A DNA stretch of 64,000 bases. It comes from Candidatus Cloacimonadales bacterium. Its GTDB lineage: Bacteria > Cloacimonadota > Cloacimonadia > Cloacimonadales > DAONDQ01. The notes under the pieces are model-generated. The model was given only the letters and a program-made list of their open reading frames with translations, was not told where the DNA came from and did no database searches. The stretch covers positions 2,595,820-2,659,819 of the forward strand of contig OY759316.1 of assembly GCA_963662275.1 (NCBI GenBank). The letters run 5' to 3'. Of the stretch, positions 39,821 to 50,379 are shown piece by piece. Position numbers and translations under genes: made by a program. How positions within the stretch are numbered: the stretch's first letter is position 1; each line of letters starts with the position of its first letter.

Positions 39821-42800
39821 ATGTCCATAATATATGGTATTAATGCAGACACCTTAAGGAGAATTATGAGATACTTTGAAAATGTCATAAAGCGAAACCG
39901 CTCTCGTTTCAATACAACCATCATTATCAGGTTTTGCTTATTTGCATTTATCATTCTGTCGTTCTTTTTCTCATTATTTATCACCTTGTTCCATTTTATT
40001 ACGAATCATAATCCTGAACTTTTCATTGTCTCATCATCCATAAAAATACTCATCCTGATTACGATCGTTTATTTGTTTCTATCATTTAAAAAGAAATTAA
40101 TCCATTTACGCAAATCCGCCCTTTATCTTGATACATATAATCAAGATAAAGCAGACACATATCAAAATGCATTCGAATTACTACATGAAGATCAGTATTT
40201 TGATTCTCATATTTTAGAACGTATTTACGCAAAAGCTGATGCTATTGCCATCCAGCAGAACCAGCCTGGATTCAAGATTATTCCATCAGCTCTGGTCTTT
40301 CCCCTAATCGCATGTTTTCTTGGCATATTAATCCTGGTATCTTTTCAATTCAATCAAATTATACCAGCAATGTCCTATTTCAAGACAATCACACCCCCCA
40401 AAGTCCTGCATAAAACTTATGTTGAATTGAAACCGGGAAATCTGACAATTGGTAAAAATCTTAACGTTACAATTGAAGTATCGAATCCCGAACAGAATGT
40501 TGAACATCGTTTATTTTATAAATTGGATAAAGATTGGCGTGAAATAGCCCTACCCGCGTATCGGAAAACGTTTGAGAACCTGGATTATTCATTTACTTAT
40601 TTTGTGAAAACACCGTATGCGACTTCAGATACATTTCAGATAAAAGTCATCGATATGCCAGCTTCCAAGCATATTCTTCTGCGGTATCATTACCCCGCCT
40701 ATACGCAGTTAGCTGCTGAAACCGATAATCTCAGTAACGGGAATATTAAGGCTTTAGAGGGCACAGAAGTTTCCATTTATCTACAAGCTAATGTACCTTT
40801 GAAATCATCATCCATCAATTTTGGTGATGGTTCTTCTCTGCTCATGAAGCGAATTGATTCGACGAACTCAACAATATCCTTAACTATCCGTAAGTCGGAT
40901 ACTTACTATCTCAAATTGACTGATATGCTGGATCGAATTTCTGACCCAATCCCGAAGACGATCTCGATGTTGGAAGACTCACCGCCGGAAATCAAATTTG
41001 TTTATCCGGGACAGGATACTCTCCTGACTCAAAACATGCTCCTGCCAATGCGTTTATTTGCTGCTGATGACTTTGGATTGCAAGACCTTGCTATTAAGTA
41101 TAGTCTCAATAACGAGCCGGAAAAGACCATTCCCTTGAAAGATCGTTTTACCGATAAGATGATTAATTTCGACTATATCCTTGATCTTACCGGTGCTAAT
41201 TTACTGCCTGGTGACGCTGTTACATATTATGCAGAGATTCGCGATAATTCTCTCAAACATCATGTTTCTCAAACAGCGAAATTTAGAGCTAGATTCCCTT
41301 CCATCGAAGAAATCTATAAAGAGATTGAACAAGAAGAACAACAGAAAAAGGATGCTCTTCAAAATACTTATGAAAAGAGTAAGGATCTCCAAAAGGAATT
41401 GGAGCAAAAACGTCGGGAAATGATGAAAAAGGATAAAGTGGATTGGGAAGATAAAAAGGAATTGACTAATCTTGTAGAAAAACAGGAAAAAATGAATAAA
41501 CAAGTAGAAAACCTAGCACAAGATTATCAGAATCTCATAGAAAAACTCCAGAATAACCAGGCTGTTTCTCCAGAGACTTTGCAAAAAATGGAAAAGATAA
41601 AGGAATTGATGAAGGAAATTTCTAATGAACAACTCCAGCAGGCAATGGATAAAATGAAACAGGCAATGGATAAAATGGATCCGGATGTCTTGAAAAAAGC
41701 CATGGAAAATTTTAAGTTCTCTATGGATGATTTCACGCAAAAACTTGAGCAGACCATCAGTCTCCTGGAAAGCATTAAAAAGGAACAGGCTTTGGAAAAA
41801 GCGCTGCAAATCGCCCAGGAAATGGATAAACTCCAATCTGATGTAAATAAAAAGACGGAATCGACCAAGGAGCAAAACCAGGATCTTGCGAAAGCTCAAA
41901 AACAGATACGTGAAGAAATGCAATCTCTGAAAGATCAATTGGATAAATTCAATAAAATGCTGGATAGCAATAAAGATAAATCTATGAAAGAACAGATGGC
42001 GCAGTTGCAGGAGCAAATGAAAAACGATGATATGGAACAGGATATGGAGCAAAGTGAACAATCTCTGCAAAAGAACCAGCGTTCAGAAGCCTCTAAAAGC
42101 CAAAAAACAGCTTCCCAGAAAATGAAGCGTATGCTCTCCAAGATGAGTGATATGAAAAGCATGATGTCAGGTAGCGGTATGCAGGAAATCACGGAAGCAA
42201 TGCAGCGAACAATTCGTGAATTGCTCATCTTTTCACAGCAACAGGAAACTACAGCTTCAAAATATACGAATAATCCATATGCAATCCTCAAAGATGAAAT
42301 TGCTATCTCTGAGGGAATCCGAATTGCTCTCGCAAAACTCTATTCCACTCCGCAGGTCTTAATGTTCTTAAGCCAGAAGTTCTTCATGGATGTAAATTTT
42401 ATTCTCCAGTCCTTCAGATCGTTATTTTCTGATATCAATGACGCCACAACTGTCAAGATTCCCGAATACTTACCAAATATTCAGAAAGGTATGAACTTGA
42501 CGATCTATGACCTGATGCAATCTGTAAACAATATGCAGCAACAGCAGGGACAAGGTGGAGCAGGAATGCAAAGCATGATGCAGATGATGCAGCAGATGGG
42601 GCAGGAACAGATGGCGATGAATATGTTGACTCAGTCGTTAATGCAGCAGATGGGACAAAATGGAAGAATGTCACAAGAACAAATGCAGCAAATGCAGAGA
42701 TTAGGTGCTGACGAGCAAAGATTGGCGGATAATTTGAGACGTGCCTTACAAAATGACCCTGAAGCTCAGAAACAAGGAAGTTCACTGCAACAGATGGCTG

Positions 42801-43126
42801 ATGAATTAGAATCCATTGCCCGGCAACTGCAATCCAATCGCATCGATCAGCAGCTTGTTGATCGCCAGGAACGTATTTTATCGCGTCTTTTAGATGCGCA
42901 GAAATCCATTCATAAACGAGAATTCAGTAATAAACGACAAGCTGAGACGAACGCAAATCAGAATTGGCAGACCCCGGAAGAAATTAAACTTCGCTATGAT
43001 GAAATGCGCAGGCACGCTCTTCAGCAGAATGACTTGAGTTCTTATCCTAAAGAATACCAGGAAGTTATACGCGAATATCTGAAACTGCTTAATGAAGATA
43101 TGAATAAACAGGGAGAGAAGAAATGA
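39821..43126 (+). CDS. Large membrane-anchored protein (1101 aa) with an extended coiled-coil and a Gln/Met-rich low-complexity C-terminal region
   Basis: N-terminal hydrophobic helices; residues ~500-780 are K/E/Q-rich heptad-like; MQQQQGQGGAGMQSMMQMMQQMGQEQMAMNMLTQSLMQQMGQ low-complexity stretch. Confidence 0.6.
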   Translation: MSIIYGINADTLRRIMRYFENVIKRNRSRFNTTIIIRFCLFAFIILSFFFSLFITLFHFITNHNPELFIVSSSIKILILITIVYLFLSFKKKLIHLRKSALYLDTYNQDKADTYQNAFELLHEDQYFDSHILERIYAKADAIAIQQNQPGFKIIPSALVFPLIACFLGILILVSFQFNQIIPAMSYFKTITPPKVLHKTYVELKPGNLTIGKNLNVTIEVSNPEQNVEHRLFYKLDKDWREIALPAYRKTFENLDYSFTYFVKTPYATSDTFQIKVIDMPASKHILLRYHYPAYTQLAAETDNLSNGNIKALEGTEVSIYLQANVPLKSSSINFGDGSSLLMKRIDSTNSTISLTIRKSDTYYLKLTDMLDRISDPIPKTISMLEDSPPEIKFVYPGQDTLLTQNMLLPMRLFAADDFGLQDLAIKYSLNNEPEKTIPLKDRFTDKMINFDYILDLTGANLLPGDAVTYYAEIRDNSLKHHVSQTAKFRARFPSIEEIYKEIEQEEQQKKDALQNTYEKSKDLQKELEQKRREMMKKDKVDWEDKKELTNLVEKQEKMNKQVENLAQDYQNLIEKLQNNQAVSPETLQKMEKIKELMKEISNEQLQQAMDKMKQAMDKMDPDVLKKAMENFKFSMDDFTQKLEQTISLLESIKKEQALEKALQIAQEMDKLQSDVNKKTESTKEQNQDLAKAQKQIREEMQSLKDQLDKFNKMLDSNKDKSMKEQMAQLQEQMKNDDMEQDMEQSEQSLQKNQRSEASKSQKTASQKMKRMLSKMSDMKSMMSGSGMQEITEAMQRTIRELLIFSQQQETTASKYTNNPYAILKDEIAISEGIRIALAKLYSTPQVLMFLSQKFFMDVNFILQSFRSLFSDINDATTVKIPEYLPNIQKGMNLTIYDLMQSVNNMQQQQGQGGAGMQSMMQMMQQMGQEQMAMNMLTQSLMQQMGQNGRMSQEQMQQMQRLGADEQRLADNLRRALQNDPEAQKQGSSLQQMADELESIARQLQSNRIDQQLVDRQERILSRLLDAQKSIHKREFSNKRQAETNANQNWQTPEEIKLRYDEMRRHALQQNDLSSYPKEYQEVIREYLKLLNEDMNKQGEKK

Positions 43127-44862
43127 AGCGATTGATTTGTCTCTATCTCCTATTGTTTTTCATTTTAACCCTATTCGCACAATTCAACGAAAAAGAAATC
43201 CTTTTCAAGCAAGCCCAGGATATGGTTCAAGCCCGTCGCTTTCAGCAAGCAGTTGCTATCTACCAGGACATGCTGATCAAATATCCTGATGATTACACCG
43301 TTGTCCTGAACCTAATCAATACATACATACAGAGTTCTAGCATTGATAAAGCTTATGAACTCCTGAATACAAAAAAAGACATCATGCCGTCAGATGTATT
43401 TTCTCAACAGAAAATCTATCTGTTAGTTCAAAAATCGAATTTTGAAGAAGCTTATAGATTCGCTCTTGATTATCTAGATAAGAATCATAATCAAGTAACT
43501 TTATACCGGACAGTTGCTTCTTATTTCGAAATGAAATCGCAGTTTGAAAAAGCGATACAGATCTATACCTTGGGGAGGCAGGTTAGCCATGATGAATCAT
43601 TGAATTCTATGGAAGTTGCCAATGATCTATTTCAACTGCGTGACTATCGGAATGCGATTCCTGAGTACTTCAAACTATTAGCCAAAACACCATCCTATTC
43701 ATATTACATTGCTAATCAACTGCAGTTTGTATTAAAAGACGATCCGAAGCAAATCAGCATAATTGCCAGGGAAGTTGATAAATCTTCCATTCCGGAAGCT
43801 AAGGAAATCTATGCTCGGAGCCTGGTCATTGTAGGTAATTTTCAACAGGCATTGCAAATCTATCGTCAATTAGACCCGGAGAAACTAGTCTTGTTTGCTG
43901 ATGAACAATATACTGCTAACCGAGATTCATTAGCTCTTATGGCATATAATGATGTATTGCCAAAAATCGCTGATCCTGCCAAAGCAGCAGATATATTAAT
44001 CAGACAAGCACGTATCTACATTGTAACCGGCAATATTCAACTGGCTGAAACAAACTTGAATCTGGTTATCAATAACAAAACCATTCAAACTAACCCAAAT
44101 CGATATAAAACAAGATCAAACCGACAGGCACGTGAACTTATGGCTGAGTTGCTTATCCAAAAACAAGGTCCCAGCCAGCAGGTCATTTCCTATCTGAATG
44201 ATGCGAAGCAATTTGCTTTTAATGCGGCAGAAGCCGATGAAGTCGAATTCGAAATTATCCAGTATCAAATCATGAATGGCTCATACGAGGATGCAAAAAA
44301 TCGACTGGTGACAGTTCTCAAAAAAGAAGACTCGGGATCATTCATCTACAAGAGGGGTTATTATTATTCCTATCTGATTGCAACTATGCTAAATGACCCG
44401 GCTGCAGATTCTCTATTGAATGAATGTATCATTGCCACACCTGAAAACCAGAATACTAATGATGCTCTTTATCTTTCTTTTATCATTTCGGGTTTAAAAG
44501 GAGCAAATCGGGAGTTATTCCTTCATGCCTACAGACTGCGCAAGCTGCACCAGGATTTACAGGCAATTGCTGTACTGGATAGTGTATATAATAGTACAAA
44601 AGATGAAGAAATTCGCATTCTGCTGGGAGATTGGGCATTACAATCCAGACAATACAAAATGGCGCTAGCAACTTTTTCATCTACGTTCAAGGATACAACT
44701 CTCAAAGAATATGCTGCCTTGCAATTAACGAAACTCGCTGAATCTAATCAAAATGAACAACAAAAGCTAACGATAGATTTCCTGAAAGGTAATCCGGATA
44801 GTGTCTTTTCACCCGAATTTAGGCAATTACTAAGCGTTCCTTCTGAATCCCCACCACAATAG
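43123..44862 (+). CDS. Secreted TPR-repeat protein
   Basis: Signal peptide MKRLICLYLLLFFILTLFA; TPR-like repeats; start overlaps the upstream stop (ATGA). Confidence 0.7.
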   Translation: MKRLICLYLLLFFILTLFAQFNEKEILFKQAQDMVQARRFQQAVAIYQDMLIKYPDDYTVVLNLINTYIQSSSIDKAYELLNTKKDIMPSDVFSQQKIYLLVQKSNFEEAYRFALDYLDKNHNQVTLYRTVASYFEMKSQFEKAIQIYTLGRQVSHDESLNSMEVANDLFQLRDYRNAIPEYFKLLAKTPSYSYYIANQLQFVLKDDPKQISIIAREVDKSSIPEAKEIYARSLVIVGNFQQALQIYRQLDPEKLVLFADEQYTANRDSLALMAYNDVLPKIADPAKAADILIRQARIYIVTGNIQLAETNLNLVINNKTIQTNPNRYKTRSNRQARELMAELLIQKQGPSQQVISYLNDAKQFAFNAAEADEVEFEIIQYQIMNGSYEDAKNRLVTVLKKEDSGSFIYKRGYYYSYLIATMLNDPAADSLLNECIIATPENQNTNDALYLSFIISGLKGANRELFLHAYRLRKLHQDLQAIAVLDSVYNSTKDEEIRILLGDWALQSRQYKMALATFSSTFKDTTLKEYAALQLTKLAESNQNEQQKLTIDFLKGNPDSVFSPEFRQLLSVPSESPPQ

Positions 44863-44879
44863 GCTTTTTAAATCGAATA

Positions 44880-45260
44880 GATAAAGACAATCAAATCCAG
44901 TACAAAATTCACTTTCGTCCAGTAACTCCGCATTTACGCGGTTGTAGAGTAGCTCCGCTTTTACACGGTTGTAGAGCTGGATGCCGATCATGCTGTCTGC
45001 TATACAATCCGTAGGATGTAATTCTGCTAGCCCAGGAAGTCCTTCCTGGGTTGAGCGATGTAAGAGGAATAACCGCCTGCAGCTTGTGCTGCATGAGTCC
45101 ATTAGGACGGCACTATTTGCCGTATTCTCCAATCACTTAATACATTCCTCATTATATATACCTGGTCAAAACCAAATTTAAACAAATCCTAATCCTGTTT
45201 CATTCCAATTTCCCGAAACAGGATTGAAACTGGTATAATATACGTGGAATAATAGTGGAC
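44880..45260. repeat. Composite intergenic repeat cluster (27-bp GTTGTAGAG tandem, cccagg...cctggg palindrome, cgaaacaggattgaaactgg inverted copy of the 19.1-kb element)
   Basis: Shared ~45-bp segment caatccgtaggatgt.a.tctg.tagcccaggaagtcc with 18961-19005; aatcctgtttc/gaaacaggatt hairpin. Confidence 0.7.
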
Positions 45261-45332
45261 TTGAATTCGCAGAAGTAGAGACGCCCAAGTTGGGCGTCTC
45301 TACAAGGGGAGGATAGACACATGGGTCTATCC

Positions 45333-46979
45333 CTACCTTACTACCGTTATCTTCTGTTTCTGCTGTGCTTCACCGCTGGTAAATACACACACATAAACCC
45401 CTGATGAAAGATCATTTAAATTGTAAATCGCAGAACCTGATTTGGCTTGTTCTGCATTCATAGTAAACGACTTGACTTTCTGTCCCCGGATATTATAAAT
45501 TTCGAAGGTAGAAGCTCCCCCCTTGGGAAGGGGGGTAGGGGGGTCAACAGTGAATCTGATGTTAAGTTCAGAATCCCAAGACTGCATCGGATTCGGATAC
45601 AACTGCAGTTTGGAGATAGCAGGTGTATTTGTTTCATCAGCATTGGGTGTTGGGTCATCCAGTTGCGTGTTTCCGGCATAAACAAATACACGACCAGGTG
45701 TAGGAAAAGCTGCATAATCAAAAGGTGCCGAAATGGCAGCATCGCAGCAACCATCTCCATTGTAATCGCCCATAGTCAGGCAGAAGCCATACATGTCAGT
45801 TTCCACATCAAGATATGGTGGTGTCAAATGCAGATCGGGACCTCCGTTCATGGGAACACCTCCTATCCACAGGTAGGCGTCTCCATAACCGCTAAACTGG
45901 GTGACACTGGTGCCCATCAGATCATCTGTGCCATTACCATTCACATCACCATGACCAAAACCATCACCACCAGCATCTCCGTTATAAGGTGGTGATATAT
46001 TCACATAGTTTGTTCCATTAAAATCAGGTCCTCCAAAAACTAGTATGGCATTCGAACCCCTAAATGCGGTCACGATATCTGCATGACCATCACCATTTAC
46101 GTCACCTGCTGGATAGGCGAAAGAATTCCTTAGATTTGAATCATCTGCGACCACTAAACTATCGCTATATATTCCTGATAAATTGCCATAATAAAGAACA
46201 ATCCTATGAGTTGGATTACTGTTTGAACCATATCCATATCCGAGATAAAAGTCATCTATACCATCTGCATTAACATCACTTATTCCGCAGATATCAGCGT
46301 TATCCTGGACATTACTAATTTCATCAAATACTGTATTTAACATACCTCCACCATAGGTAATACCAATCTGGATCTGATATGGATAACCATGTCTAAGCGT
46401 AATATATCCGATATCAGCGAAACCATCGTGATTGATATCACCTAAACCACGAACGTGACAAAAGGTATTATCCCATTCCTCCCTCGGGAAAGTGAGTATA
46501 TAATCGGGAACAGTATCGGGATTCGCACCGCCGTAAAAGACGCAGAGCTGGAGATTAAAAGCCTGGCTATTGGTTCCTTCATACATCGATGCCCTGAATA
46601 ATGTCAGGTCATCTATCCCATCACCATTCATATCGCCCGCATTGCACATGGAGTATGAAAGTCCATATTCTATCTCATGGTGACCGGTGATTTCCATTTC
46701 AGGCACATTATCAAAATTGGGACCGCCAAAATAAAAGTATAGTTTACCATATGGATATGGTGGATAAGAAGGTGTATAACCTCTGGGATCCCAATTAGGT
46801 GATGCAATAACTAAATCATCGTTGCCATCTCCATTCCAATCAAGAGTTGTCATGATTAATCCCATTCCGAAGAAATCATCTTCCCCTGTCATAGTGGTCA
46901 TAATATCCATGTGGTTCAAGGCAGGGAGAATGCTGGTGAAAAGAAGAACAGCTAAAACAACTAAAATACCTTTATCCAT
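45333..46979 (-). CDS. FG-GAP/VCBS-repeat protein with T9SS C-terminal sorting domain
   Basis: Signal peptide; repeated GD(I/V)NxDGxxD(I/F) motifs; C-terminal YPNP...FEIYNIRGQKVKSF...GVYVCVF CTD. Confidence 0.75.
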   Translation of the reverse strand: MDKGILVVLAVLLFTSILPALNHMDIMTTMTGEDDFFGMGLIMTTLDWNGDGNDDLVIASPNWDPRGYTPSYPPYPYGKLYFYFGGPNFDNVPEMEITGHHEIEYGLSYSMCNAGDMNGDGIDDLTLFRASMYEGTNSQAFNLQLCVFYGGANPDTVPDYILTFPREEWDNTFCHVRGLGDINHDGFADIGYITLRHGYPYQIQIGITYGGGMLNTVFDEISNVQDNADICGISDVNADGIDDFYLGYGYGSNSNPTHRIVLYYGNLSGIYSDSLVVADDSNLRNSFAYPAGDVNGDGHADIVTAFRGSNAILVFGGPDFNGTNYVNISPPYNGDAGGDGFGHGDVNGNGTDDLMGTSVTQFSGYGDAYLWIGGVPMNGGPDLHLTPPYLDVETDMYGFCLTMGDYNGDGCCDAAISAPFDYAAFPTPGRVFVYAGNTQLDDPTPNADETNTPAISKLQLYPNPMQSWDSELNIRFTVDPPTPLPKGGASTFEIYNIRGQKVKSFTMNAEQAKSGSAIYNLNDLSSGVYVCVFTSGEAQQKQKITVVR

Positions 46980-47221
46980 TGGTACTCCTTATTTCTACAA
47001 CCCACAGAATATAAAATATAATATTTATACGTAATTTTCATTCCATTGCTAGTTTTATCCAGTATCTTGCCGGATAGTATCCATTTTCTCTTTAGTCTAT
47101 CACGTTTTTGTTAATTGCATAGCTGTTTCTGGGGCGCCATCTATCTGATGGTGCTACGTGCTCTTTTAGAGGACGTATTCTCTTCACCGGCATTTCGATG
47201 GGGAAAATCACCGGATGACGG

Positions 47222-47337
47222 ATCATGTTAAAACATAATAACGGCTGAAGCAGTTGATCCAACGACTGAAGATCATGTTAAAACATAATAACTGCTGAAG
47301 CAGTTGATCCAACGACTGAAGTTGTTGCTACGGTGCT
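47222..47337. repeat. 58-bp direct tandem repeat x2 immediately downstream of the M28-T9SS gene
   Basis: atcatgttaaaacataataac[g/t]gctgaagcagttgatccaacgactgaag repeated twice with one mismatch. Confidence 0.8.
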
Positions 47338-47338
47338 G

Positions 47339-50233
47339 CTATTTCAGTAGCAGCATCTTCCTGGTTATGTTTATCTTATCCGTTTCCAGCCGGTAAAAAT
47401 AGATACCAGAAGATACTTGCTTGCTATTATCATCTTTCCCGTTCCAAAGAATTGAATAAGATCCTGCTTGTCTGTTGTCATTTACAAGTGTCCTGACTTT
47501 TTGACCTTTGACATTATAAACACAAAGAACAACTTTGGAAGTCTTTGCCAGGGAATACTTGAGTGTTGTTTCCGGATTAAACGGATTGGGATAATTTTGT
47601 TCAAGCTTGTTGGTAGATGCAATCGGAACTGTAGAATCATTATTTCCAACAGGTTCATTGAATTTATTCATGAGAATATACTCAACAAATTGTTTTGCTT
47701 GAGTTTGGTTCATGTTCCACAAAGGAAAACTTAAAACTACAGTATTATAATCTTCTCCAAAATACCCGATACCCACATCTGTACCATTCAAAATTCCTTG
47801 CGAAGCAGTATTCGCATAATCAGACCCGTAAGTATAGAGCACTTCCCCACCAGGAGCTGCAGCAAGACCTTCAATTTTAAAAATATGGTGATTCAGTGCA
47901 GCCGCTGATTTAAGACTATCAACCCTCATGGCAGGATAATCGATATTACTTGGTATAGCATATTTAAATCGCGCTGAAGTAGAATAGCTAACTCCTGAAA
48001 TTTTAAACATATCATATAGGAAATCTCCGGTTACAAATGTCTTGGGATAAAAACTGTTCAAATCCCATGCATAGGTTGGCTGATAAGTAGATATCAGGAT
48101 ATTTCCCCCATACCCGAGGTATTCCTGTAATGCACTTCGGGAAGGATATGCTTGCTCAACCCCTACAGCCGTATTGCAGTGCCAAATGATCGTCGAAAAT
48201 GCCCCGAAATCAGCCAGTTTAGGCTGAGGATCAACTGTCAGATCGTAAAGCGTTCTTCGATAATCACTTAACAATTCATTATAATAATCATCCACTTGGA
48301 CATCTGAAGGCTGAAGATAACTGGAACCACTCCCATTGGCAGTGCCATCAACAATCAAAACACCCTTGTTCAAAGAAACAGCTCGCGAATAGATCTGCTC
48401 AGAAGCATTACTGAGGTTACCTGCCAAATCTTCAGTTTTCACAGTGTAATAGTAATACACTCCATCTTCTACAGCATTATCCACATAGGATGCGTTTGTA
48501 CATAAGGAAGGATTGATCAGTGTTCCAAGTTCTCCTGCTGTTGTCGAACGATAGATACGATAACCGACAATATCCAACTCAAGATTGGCTTCCCATGATA
48601 AATCAACCTGGTGCAATACCGGGTGATCGATTAAATTTGTTGGTGTTCGTGGAATCATATATGGGACTGCTTCCTTCACTGTAATAATACTTTCGAAATT
48701 GGCTGAATTCAGACAACTAAACCCAATATGATATTGCGTGCCTGAAAGAAGACCTTCCACAATTGTTTGTGTTCCATTTACTGTAATTGTTTGATTCCAG
48801 ACCTCTGTTGAATCTGCGACATATACTTTATATTGGGTAATGTCTTGTTCAGGAGAAGGTTCCCAGCTTATTTTCAAAGAATTACCCAGTCCGGTATCTT
48901 GGATTTGGAAATCCGTAATAGGGTATGGCATACTTGACATCGTAGCTCCACAAGCTACAGAACTCTTTATGACCCTGGAGCAGAAATCCATGTCTAAATG
49001 GATGAATAAATCATCACCGGTATGGTAGAAAGGCGAAAAATCCAGTTCTTCGAAATATATCGAAGGAATACCATGTAACCAAAAATTATATGAATCTGAT
49101 CCGGCGCTATCATATAATCCTCTAATCGGAACAAGATCCGTATAGGTTGTTGTCATATTTCCGGCAAATAGTGTGTAAGAATCGAAACCCGTATATGGCT
49201 GTAAAAGAACATAATCGGAGACATAATTATCATCGTGAGTTGCGATCATATCATGATTGATCATCAATTTGACCTGGGTTCCGTTAGTTAATAAGTCTTG
49301 AACATAAGCCTGGCTTCCCAGTAATCCCATCTCTTCACAGGCAAAGGCAACAAACCGAAAAGTGCAGGCAGGTTGGTAATTCATCAGTTTAAAGACACGT
49401 GCTGTTTCCAGAACTGCTGCAATACCACTTGCATTATCATCAGCACCCGGACAGTTAATCAAGGGATCTGCAGTACCGAATGAAATATTATCATCGCTAT
49501 GAGCACCAATAATGATATTCTTCTCGGGCGTAGTAACACCAGGTAATGTAGCAACGACATTATACTGTGGTATATCCTCGTACAAAAAAGTATTGATCAC
49601 AACATCTGTATAACCCATCCTAAGGAATTGATCCCGAATCCAGTTATCTACTGCGGGATGAGTGACCGCTGCGTAAAAGCGTGTCCCGAAATCCTGCAAA
49701 TGCTGAATGAATGATCCGATACTGTCAGGATTCACCTGGTTTACCAGATCCTGGATTTCAGTTCTTGATTGAAGATTTGATACAGGAGCCTTCATTTTCT
49801 GATTCTGATAATATGAAGGTACATTTGTAAGTGGAATTGCCATGTAACCGGTTTGAAATAAAAGTGATTTGATATTTGTATTCGTCTTAACCAAAATCTG
49901 GAACTCACTCTGCCAAAGTAAAGTACCCCAGGCAGAATTCCATTTTATGGGTTTATGCGATTCGGATGTGATAATATAGGTTTGCGATAAATCCATATTA
50001 TGATCTATGATCGAATAAGGTATCCTACTCAAACTGGCAAGTTTACCTGAATCAATACCGATGAAAAGAATATCTCCATTTCTATGATAAACCGGTAATT
50101 TCAATTGTTCAAAAGCATTATGATTTGAGATTTGAGTTAGATCGATCTTGACCAGGATTTTCTGGTTTTGTGCAAATAGCGGGATACAGATGAGTAACAT
50201 TACAAAAAAAAGAAGTGAATATTTAAAATTCAT
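47339..50233 (-). CDS. Secreted M28-family peptidase with fibronectin-III-like domains and T9SS C-terminal sorting domain (964 aa)
   Basis: Signal peptide; M28 motifs HSDDNISFG...ADDNASGIAAVLE and FACEEMGLLGS; C-terminal NYPNPFNPETTLKY...LCVYNVKGQKV...GIYFYRL CTD. Confidence 0.8.
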   Translation of the reverse strand: MNFKYSLLFFVMLLICIPLFAQNQKILVKIDLTQISNHNAFEQLKLPVYHRNGDILFIGIDSGKLASLSRIPYSIIDHNMDLSQTYIITSESHKPIKWNSAWGTLLWQSEFQILVKTNTNIKSLLFQTGYMAIPLTNVPSYYQNQKMKAPVSNLQSRTEIQDLVNQVNPDSIGSFIQHLQDFGTRFYAAVTHPAVDNWIRDQFLRMGYTDVVINTFLYEDIPQYNVVATLPGVTTPEKNIIIGAHSDDNISFGTADPLINCPGADDNASGIAAVLETARVFKLMNYQPACTFRFVAFACEEMGLLGSQAYVQDLLTNGTQVKLMINHDMIATHDDNYVSDYVLLQPYTGFDSYTLFAGNMTTTYTDLVPIRGLYDSAGSDSYNFWLHGIPSIYFEELDFSPFYHTGDDLFIHLDMDFCSRVIKSSVACGATMSSMPYPITDFQIQDTGLGNSLKISWEPSPEQDITQYKVYVADSTEVWNQTITVNGTQTIVEGLLSGTQYHIGFSCLNSANFESIITVKEAVPYMIPRTPTNLIDHPVLHQVDLSWEANLELDIVGYRIYRSTTAGELGTLINPSLCTNASYVDNAVEDGVYYYYTVKTEDLAGNLSNASEQIYSRAVSLNKGVLIVDGTANGSGSSYLQPSDVQVDDYYNELLSDYRRTLYDLTVDPQPKLADFGAFSTIIWHCNTAVGVEQAYPSRSALQEYLGYGGNILISTYQPTYAWDLNSFYPKTFVTGDFLYDMFKISGVSYSTSARFKYAIPSNIDYPAMRVDSLKSAAALNHHIFKIEGLAAAPGGEVLYTYGSDYANTASQGILNGTDVGIGYFGEDYNTVVLSFPLWNMNQTQAKQFVEYILMNKFNEPVGNNDSTVPIASTNKLEQNYPNPFNPETTLKYSLAKTSKVVLCVYNVKGQKVRTLVNDNRQAGSYSILWNGKDDNSKQVSSGIYFYRLETDKINITRKMLLLK

Positions 50234-50379
50234 GATTCCTCCTTAATATATATCGAAAACAACATACATTCAAATTGATAGCATGATATAAGTCAAATAT
50301 TTTTTTAAATTATTCCTTTGACATACAACACCGCATTTTTTTCTTTTATTCATAATAAAATCGACTGGAGGAGATCATC

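Noticed and set aside
41201-42291. Several long minus-strand ORFs (100-185 aa) with odd, L/F/H-rich translations
   Set aside because: They lie entirely inside the coiled-coil/low-complexity coding region of the 1101-aa plus-strand gene and are antisense artefacts of the K/E/Q-rich repeats.
39821-43126. Considered a phage tail tape-measure protein or prophage remnant
   Set aside because: There are N-terminal transmembrane helices, no phage structural, portal or terminase genes nearby, and the gene is translationally coupled to a secreted TPR protein.
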